From Myxococcota bacterium (GTDB taxonomy: Bacteria; Myxococcota_A; UBA796; UBA2385): 64,000 nt of DNA. The stretch covers positions 1 through 64,000 of the forward strand of contig JBIJDH010000029.1 of assembly GCA_044344255.1 (NCBI GenBank), written 5' to 3'. Every line of letters begins with the position of its first letter. Position 1 is the first letter of the stretch. A model generated the notes under the pieces. The model did not search any database. It was not told where the DNA came from and saw only the letters and a program-made list of their open reading frames with translations. The position numbers and the translations under genes are program-made. Positions 57,812 to 64,000 of the stretch are shown piece after piece.

Positions 57812-59734
57812 TCAGATGCACCAAGCCAGCGAGAAGCTGCCGCCGCCCGAGGCCGACTTGATGAAGACCCGGTAGGTGGCGCTCGAGCCCGCGTAGCTGA
57901 CCGACTCGGTGGAGGTCGAGGTGGTGCCCGAGGCGACGTCCACCCAGCTGCGGCCCGACTTCTTCTGCAGGTAGATGTCGAAGTCGGCGGAGCTCGGCCC
58001 GGCGAGGCTGAGCGTCTGGGTCACCGCGCCGACCGACTTGCCGGAGCTCGAGGGGGCGTAGGCGGTCTTGCCGGTGCGCGAGAGCGAGCCCGTGTAGGTC
58101 GTGGTGGTGCAGGTGGTCGACCCGCCGCCGCCGTAGGCCGAGCCCACGCCCACCGCGGCCCAGGCGTTCGTGACCGCCTGCACCTCGGCGCTGGTGGCCC
58201 CGTAGGTCGCGGTGGCCGCGTTGATCATCGCGGTGCGCGCGCCCGAGAAGTTGGTGCTCGACGTCATGTAGTTGGCGAGGGCGTTGTACCAGATGGCCGC
58301 CGCCTTGTCGGCGCCGATGCCCGTGACCGCCACCGTGCTCTTGCCGCGGGGGTGGGTGCCACCCTTCGCCATCAGGTAGAAGGCGAGGTTGGGGACGCCC
58401 GAGCCGTAGTGGACGTCGACCGAGCCGATGCTCGAGCTGTAGTAGTCCTTGCTGTACCCATCGGCGGCGGGGTCCGCCATGTAGCGGAGGGCGTCCCCGG
58501 AGGTCGCCGGGGTCCAGGTGGTCTCGCCGACCAGCCAGGTGTTGCTGCTCTCGCCCGACACCGAGCGCTCGACCATCGCGCCGAAGACGTCGGAGATGGA
58601 CTCGTTCAGGTGCCCGGGCTCGCCCGAGTAGGTGAGGTTGGCCTCGTACTGCGTGACGCCGTGGGTCATCTCGTGGCCGGCGATGTCGAGGGTGGTGAGC
58701 GAGCCGGAGTTGACCCCGTCGCCGTCCCCGTAGGTCATCCCGGTGCCGTCCCAGAAGGCGTTCACATAGTTGGTCGAGTAGCTCGTGTAGGAGGACATGA
58801 AGGCGACCCCGTGAGAGGTCACGCCTGCCGGGCCACCCGCGCCGTCGATGCCGTTCCGGCCGTAAGCGGCGAGGTAGAAGTCGTAGGTGGCGGTGGCGGC
58901 GTAGTGCGCCTCGTAGGCGTTCTTGTAGGTGGCCGACGTCGCGGGGAAGGTCGAGCTCGTGCTGCTCACGTAGTAGAGGCTGGTCGTGGTGTTGTTGTAG
59001 CTGTAGGTCGCGACCTTGCGGGTCGTGTCCTCGGTGTACCAGCTCGTCCCGTCGCTGTAGCAGCCGGTGGTCGGCGTCCCGTAGAAGTTGGTCGTGCCGG
59101 TGCAGGAGTCGGTCTGGAGGTTCTCGTAGCTCCAGACGAGCTCGCCCGTGTGGGCGTCGATGAAGCCGACCGGCATGGTGGGATCGTGGATGCCATCGAT
59201 GCTGCGGAGCTGCACACGCCAGACGAGGTGGTCTTCACCCTCGTGGCGGAGCACCCAGAGGTCGGTCTCGGGGTCGTCGGTCAGCACGTCCCAGCCGCCG
59301 AGGAGGTCACCCACGGCGAGGTCTGCGGCCTCGTCGAGGTCGAGCTCGGGGACGCTGTCGACGCGGATCCCCGCCACGAGGTCATCGGTGACGGCGAAGG
59401 TGGAGCCGTCGTCGCGCAGGTGGACGATCGCCTCGCCGCCCCACACCGGCACGCCCTCGTGGAGCTGGCGGGCGCGGGCGTGCGCGATGCCCTCGTCGTC
59501 GGCGCGGAGGCGGGTGAAGCGGAGCTCGGTGACCCCCTTCAGGCTGGCGGCGCCGTCGGCGGCGAAGAGCACGTCGGTGGCGACGTCCTCGATGAGGGAG
59601 AGCTCGGCGTCGGTGCCGGCGGAGAAGCCTGGCGAGAACTGGGGATCGGAGGCCTCCGGGGTCTCGACCGCGCAAGCGGCGAGCAGGAGGAGAAGGGCGG
59701 AGGGGAGGGCGGCGGTCATCCGAAGACCAGGCAT
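57812..59734 (-). CDS. M4 (thermolysin-family) metallopeptidase with propeptide and C-terminal PPC-like domain
   Basis: NAFW, HEMTH, GHLNESISD, DVHYGSG; RBS GAGGAG; lipobox LAAC. Confidence 0.92.
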   Translation of the reverse strand: MPGLRMTAALPSALLLLLAACAVETPEASDPQFSPGFSAGTDAELSLIEDVATDVLFAADGAASLKGVTELRFTRLRADDEGIAHARARQLHEGVPVWGGEAIVHLRDDGSTFAVTDDLVAGIRVDSVPELDLDEAADLAVGDLLGGWDVLTDDPETDLWVLRHEGEDHLVWRVQLRSIDGIHDPTMPVGFIDAHTGELVWSYENLQTDSCTGTTNFYGTPTTGCYSDGTSWYTEDTTRKVATYSYNNTTTSLYYVSSTSSTFPATSATYKNAYEAHYAATATYDFYLAAYGRNGIDGAGGPAGVTSHGVAFMSSYTSYSTNYVNAFWDGTGMTYGDGDGVNSGSLTTLDIAGHEMTHGVTQYEANLTYSGEPGHLNESISDVFGAMVERSVSGESSNTWLVGETTWTPATSGDALRYMADPAADGYSKDYYSSSIGSVDVHYGSGVPNLAFYLMAKGGTHPRGKSTVAVTGIGADKAAAIWYNALANYMTSSTNFSGARTAMINAATATYGATSAEVQAVTNAWAAVGVGSAYGGGGSTTCTTTTYTGSLSRTGKTAYAPSSSGKSVGAVTQTLSLAGPSSADFDIYLQKKSGRSWVDVASGTTSTSTESVSYAGSSATYRVFIKSASGGGSFSLAWCI

Positions 59735-59972
59735 CAGCGATCTCCTCAAGAGGGGGCAGGCGAAGTCACATGTATGTCACCCACTTTGGGCCGGCGGTCC
59801 AGCCCTTGTCAGAACCCGTACAGGTCCACGCCAGATCGACCTCAACCCACCCGGCTCCGCGATCGTGCTCCACGGGGTCGCAGGCGCCCGAGGCCGGGGC
59901 CGACGCCGCAGGCTACGGGCCCGAGGGAGCTCCCTCCGCAGCGCCCGACACCTCCTCTCCCCGGGGCCAGCC

Positions 59973-61226
59973 TTGCTCCCTCGCTTCTTGCTCCGCCAGC
60001 TCAGCTACGATCTGGACACGAACCTGCTGTTCCGTCCCGCGATCCTGCTGGTCGCGCTGCTCCTCGCCGGCGTGCTGCTGCCCTCGGCGGAGCTCGCGCT
60101 CAGCGCCCGGCTCCCCGGCGTCGCCCTCCTCTCGGACCTCCTCGCTCCCAACGCCGCGACCTCCCAGCTCGTGCTCGCGACCGTGGCCGGCGCGATGATG
60201 TCGGTGGTCTCGGTGGTCTACTCGATCCTGCTCGTGGCGCTGTCCCTCGCCTCGATGCAGTTCTCCACACGGATCCTCGCCGGCTTCATGCGCGACCCGC
60301 TCAGCCGGAGCGTGCTCGGGCTCTTCGTGGGCACCTTCGCCTACTGCCTCGCCCTCCTCACCCGCATCCACGACGGTCCGGGCGGCGTCCCCGGCCTCTC
60401 GGTGGCCGGGGCGATGCTGCTGGCCTTCACCGCGCTCGGCGCCCTGGTGCTGTTCATCCACCACATCGTCCGCTCGATCCAGGCCAACGTGCTGATCGAC
60501 CGCATCGCGCGGGAGACGGAGGTGGTGCTCGACGCGGTCTTTCCCCCGAGCGCCGCCCTCGCGCCGGCCTTCACCGAGGCCCCCCTGCCCGTCACCGTGC
60601 GCTCTGGGCGGAGCGGCTACGTCCAGCTCGTCGACAGTGAGGGCCTGCTCCGGGCGGCGCCAGGCGCCAACCTACAACTACTTAGAGGAAACGGTGCCTT
60701 CGTCGCGGAGGGGGTCGCGCTGCTGCGCGCCGATCGACCGGTAGACGCGGCGCGCCTGCTCGCCTGCATCGACATCGGTCCCGAGCGGACGATGCAGGAC
60801 GACGCCGAATTCGGCCTCCGACAGATCGTCGACATCGCGCTCAAGGCCCTCTCCCCCGCGGTCAACGACCCCTCCACCGCCGCCACCTGCGTCGATCACC
60901 TCGGCCGCCTGCTCATCCGCGTGGCCGGCCGCCCGATGGGAGCGCAGGTGTGCCAGGGCGGCGGCGGGGCCTTGCTCATCCCTTGCCCGCGCTTCGAGGA
61001 CCTCCTGGACCTCTCGGTCGAGCAGATCCGCCAGTACGGCAAGGGCGACATGGCGACCGCCCTCCGCTTGATGCGGGTCCTCGGTGAGCTCTGGCACACC
61101 GTGCCGGAGGGCGACCGGCGGGATCGCATCCGCATGCACGCCGAGCGGGTGCGGGAGGCCGCCCAGGCCAATTTTTGCGCGGGCGACAACGTCGAGCTCG
61201 ATCGGCGCTTCGCCGCGCTCTGCTGA
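59973..61226 (+). CDS. DUF2254 membrane protein
   Basis: SMQFS.R, FIHHI..SI, RSGYVQ, ERTMQDD, DIALKALSPAVNDPSTA, QIRQYG; start approximate. Confidence 0.88.
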   Translation: MLPRFLLRQLSYDLDTNLLFRPAILLVALLLAGVLLPSAELALSARLPGVALLSDLLAPNAATSQLVLATVAGAMMSVVSVVYSILLVALSLASMQFSTRILAGFMRDPLSRSVLGLFVGTFAYCLALLTRIHDGPGGVPGLSVAGAMLLAFTALGALVLFIHHIVRSIQANVLIDRIARETEVVLDAVFPPSAALAPAFTEAPLPVTVRSGRSGYVQLVDSEGLLRAAPGANLQLLRGNGAFVAEGVALLRADRPVDAARLLACIDIGPERTMQDDAEFGLRQIVDIALKALSPAVNDPSTAATCVDHLGRLLIRVAGRPMGAQVCQGGGGALLIPCPRFEDLLDLSVEQIRQYGKGDMATALRLMRVLGELWHTVPEGDRRDRIRMHAERVREAAQANFCAGDNVELDRRFAALC

Positions 61227-61275
61227 GCGAAGACTCTGCTGAGGGACGAGTCTGCTGAGGGACGAGTCTGCTGAC
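61219..61275. repeat. 16-bp tandem repeat x3.5 overlapping the stop codon
   Basis: tctgctgag-initial units at 61219, 61235, 61251 and a partial tctgctga copy at 61267. Confidence 0.85.
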
Positions 61276-61393
61276 CGGCGGTACCGAGACGCACGTCATC
61301 TTAGACTCTGCTTAACTCGTTATCGAAGGTGTCCCGCGGCACTACAGGACGCGCGGGGCGGAGGATAGAGAGTGAACCCCGCTCGAGGTAGAC

Positions 61394-62455
61394 ATGACCG
61401 CCGCGCTGATCCTCCTGTCCCTCTTCGCCTGCTCTGACCCTCCGGCCCCACCGCCGCCGCCCGCCGCGCCCCCCAAGCCCGCGGTGGTCACCGTCGATCC
61501 CGGGCTGCTCAAGGCCTTCGGCAGCCCCACGAGCCCGATGCTGGCCGCGGGCGCCGCCGCGCCCACCGGGGCCCAGGTCGACCTCGGGCGCATCCTCTAC
61601 TACGAGAAGCGCCTCTCCAAGAACCACGACGTCTCCTGCAACACCTGCCACCTGCTCGACAAGTACGGCGTCGACGGCACCCCCACCAGCACCGGTCACA
61701 AGGCGCAGAAGGGCGGCCGCAACGCGCCCACCGTGTACAATGCGGCCGGCCACATCGCGCAGTTCTGGGACGGTCGCGCCGCCGACGTCGAGGCGCAGGC
61801 CAAGGGCCCCGTCCTCAACCCCATCGAGATGGCGATGGCCGACGAGAAGTCCGTGGTGGCCGTGCTCGAGACCATCCCCGAGTACACGCCCCTCTTCCAG
61901 GCCGCCTTCCCCGGCGAGGAGAAGCCGGTCACCTACGACAACATGGCCAAGGCCATCGGCGCCTTCGAGCGCGGCCTCGTCACCCCCAGCCCCTTTGACC
62001 GCCTGCTCGCCGGCGATCAGACCGCCCTCACCGACGCCCAGAAGGCGGGCCTCACCACCTTCGTGCAGTCGGGCTGCACCACCTGCCACACCGGCCCCTT
62101 GCTCGGCGGCGGCATGTACCAGAAGCTCGGCCTCGTCACGCCCTGGCCGAACCCGAGCGACGCCGGGCGCTTCGACGTGACCAAGAACGAGGCCGACAAG
62201 CAGCTCTTCAAGGTGCCGAGCCTGCGAAACATCGAGGAGACGGGGCCCTACTTCCACGACGGCTCGGTGGCCACCCTCGACGAGGCCATCCGGCTGATGG
62301 GCCACCACCAGCTCGGCCGCGAGCTCAGCCCGGAGCAGGTGGGGAGCATCCAGACCTTCCTCGGCAGCCTCACCGGCGAGCTGCCCACGGCCTACATCGC
62401 CGAGCCGCCCGCCCTCGCCTCGGGCCCGAAGACCCCGAAGCCCGACCCGAGCTGA
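61394..62455 (+). CDS. di-heme cytochrome c peroxidase (CCP/MauG family), lipoprotein
   Basis: Lipobox [41 protein letters not shown]. Confidence 0.92.
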   Translation: MTAALILLSLFACSDPPAPPPPPAAPPKPAVVTVDPGLLKAFGSPTSPMLAAGAAAPTGAQVDLGRILYYEKRLSKNHDVSCNTCHLLDKYGVDGTPTSTGHKAQKGGRNAPTVYNAAGHIAQFWDGRAADVEAQAKGPVLNPIEMAMADEKSVVAVLETIPEYTPLFQAAFPGEEKPVTYDNMAKAIGAFERGLVTPSPFDRLLAGDQTALTDAQKAGLTTFVQSGCTTCHTGPLLGGGMYQKLGLVTPWPNPSDAGRFDVTKNEADKQLFKVPSLRNIEETGPYFHDGSVATLDEAIRLMGHHQLGRELSPEQVGSIQTFLGSLTGELPTAYIAEPPALASGPKTPKPDPS

Positions 62456-62584
62456 GCTGAGCTGGGCCTTCGCGGTCGGCCCCACGGAGGCCGCCGCCTG
62501 TGGCAGGATGTCGCCCCCCGCGGGCGGACCGTCGCCGCGCCCACCGGCGCGGCGGCCGCCCGTCCGCCCCCTCGAGGAGCCCCC

Positions 62585-62971
62585 TTGCCCGACATCCAGA
62601 GCCTCCAGGAAGCGCTCCTCGCACAGAAAGCCAAGATCGAAGCCGAGGGGCCGATCGAGGTCCGCACCGACCAGGACGAGCACGACAAGGTGCGCCTCGA
62701 CGAAGACGCCGCCCCCCTCCATGAGATGGGGCAGGCCATCGCCTCGGCCCGAAACAAGGAGCGCGCCCAGCGCCTCGTCCAGATCGAGATCGCCCTGCGC
62801 CGAATCAGCGAAGATCCCGACGGCTTCGGCATCTGCGAGGTCTGCAAGGAGGAGATCCCCGACAAACGCCTGCTCCTCATGCCCTGGACGCGCCGCTGCG
62901 TGGCCTGCCAGTCGCGCAAGGAGATCAAGGGGCCGGTCGTCCGCCGGAAGGTGACCGACTACAAGGACTGA
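62585..62971 (+). CDS. TraR/DksA C4 zinc-finger protein
   Basis: RBS GAGGAG before TTG; ALRRI..FGICEVC...RL...P..RCVAC. Confidence 0.88.
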   Translation: MPDIQSLQEALLAQKAKIEAEGPIEVRTDQDEHDKVRLDEDAAPLHEMGQAIASARNKERAQRLVQIEIALRRISEDPDGFGICEVCKEEIPDKRLLLMPWTRRCVACQSRKEIKGPVVRRKVTDYKD

Positions 62972-63015
62972 GCCTGTAAAGACTGAGCCTGTAGAGACCG
63001 AGCCTGTAAAGACTG
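62966..63015. repeat. 15-bp tandem repeat x3.3 overlapping the stop codon
   Basis: gacYgagcctgtaRa units at 62966, 62981, 62996 plus gactg. Confidence 0.9.
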
Positions 63016-63030
63016 TGCACTGGAGGCCCC

Positions 63031-63825
63031 ATGTCCGTCGCCCGGTTGACCCGCCGACCCGCCCTCCGCCGGGGCCCCGTCGGGGCCGTGGCGCTCCTCC
63101 TCGCCCTCGCCTGCGGCGGGGCTGACCCCACCCCCTCGGCGCCGCCCGCCCCACCCGCGGCGCCGCCCGCTCCCCCGCCGTCGGCCCCATCCGCCCCGTC
63201 GGCGCCCCCGGTCGCCGACCCCGAGGCGCCCGGCGAGTGGAAGGCCGAGTCCACCGCCGAGGGTGACCTCAACGGCGACGGCGCCCCCGACTCCGCCCGC
63301 GTGCTGTCCCGCGAGGTCGACGGGGCCCTCGAGGCGAAGCTCGCCGTCTCGCTCTCGACCGCGGGCGGGCCGCCCACCCTGGTCGAGGCCCCGAAGGCCG
63401 TCTGTGTGCAGTGTGGCGGCGTGAAGGGGGCGCCCGTGCCCTTCGAGGTGGAGATCGACGCCGCGCGGGGGGTCCTCTCCCTGTCGTATTTCGGCGGCTC
63501 CCGAGAGGTCCGCGGGCAGACCACCAAGTGGCGCCACCAGGGCGGTGAGCTCACGCTCATCGGCGTGACCGAGGCGGTCACCGACACCTTCCCCGAGGGG
63601 GTGGGCGCCATCGCCTCGGTCGAGTGGGACGTGAACCTCTCCACCCGCCAGATGACCGAGACCGTCGACCGCGTGAGCGGCCCGGCGGCGAAGCCCGACG
63701 AGATGCCGCCCACCACCGCCACCGTGACCACGTGCGCGGTGCCGCCGAGGCCGCCGGTGACGCTCACCGGCTTTCGCCAAGAGGCCTGGGAGACCCCCCG
63801 CTGCACCGCGACGATGGTGGAGTGA
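63031..63825 (+). CDS. hypothetical lipoprotein
   Basis: RBS GGAGG; lipobox ALAC; Pro-rich linker; GDLNGDG; CVQCGG. Confidence 0.75.
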   Translation: MSVARLTRRPALRRGPVGAVALLLALACGGADPTPSAPPAPPAAPPAPPPSAPSAPSAPPVADPEAPGEWKAESTAEGDLNGDGAPDSARVLSREVDGALEAKLAVSLSTAGGPPTLVEAPKAVCVQCGGVKGAPVPFEVEIDAARGVLSLSYFGGSREVRGQTTKWRHQGGELTLIGVTEAVTDTFPEGVGAIASVEWDVNLSTRQMTETVDRVSGPAAKPDEMPPTTATVTTCAVPPRPPVTLTGFRQEAWETPRCTATMVE

Positions 63826-64000
63826 TGGCGGCCCTCCCCGCGCGCGCGGACCGCCCCGAGATCGACGTCTCGGCCCTCTTTGAGTGGCTCATCGACGGCG
63901 CGCCGGGGGCGGTCGGGCCGGTGGCGGTCGTGGCCCACATGGGGCCGGCGATGGTCGCGCGCGGCGTCCCGATCAGCCGAATGGCCGCCTTCGTGCGCAC
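63825..64000 (+). CDS. probable adenylate/guanylate cyclase-family protein, N-terminus (partial)
   Basis: TGATG overlap with the upstream stop; MAALP...WLIDGA...ARGVPISRMAAFVR resembles, from memory, the N-terminus of bacterial class III cyclase proteins; not in the ORF track. Confidence 0.6.
   Translation, partial: MAALPARADRPEIDVSALFEWLIDGAPGAVGPVAVVAHMGPAMVARGVPISRMAAFVR

Noticed and set aside
55138..63015. Short repeat arrays as possible CRISPR arrays
   Set aside because: Units are 12-16 bp and directly tandem with no unique spacers; no cas genes are present in the window.

Overview
High-GC bacterial chromosomal window, most likely Myxococcota or a related deltaproteobacterium (MYXO-CTERM tail, MopE-type motif, many lipoproteins, DUF1501 module). 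It opens with the left end of an IS3-family element and a lower-GC islet, and contains about 40 recognisable CDSs. I saw no tRNA, rRNA or CRISPR array. Four loci stand out. (1) A ~3350-aa PfaA-like type I PKS/FAS (7866-17918, minus strand) with the order degenerate ER-KS-AT-ACP-KS-ACP-ACP-ACP-KR-DH-PPTase. All four ACPs carry Thr (GxDT, three different Thr codons) instead of the Ser that normally receives phosphopantetheine, and the protein carries its own fused PPTase. An MMPL/LolA-like/outer-membrane trio lies about 5 kb away. (2) A 21-aa micropeptide gene (MKTRTNLKSGFNPQPDPPGRH, 33967-34032), not called at this start in the ORF track, with a consensus sigma54 promoter, an RBS and a 3' hairpin, directly upstream of an ABC exporter. 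(3) A Fur-box-preceded pair of an outer-membrane protein and a lipoprotein cytochrome c. (4) A ferritin-like DUF455/ATP-grasp fusion. Short tandem duplications also recur over stop codons. All family calls come from reading motifs by eye; no database searches were run.
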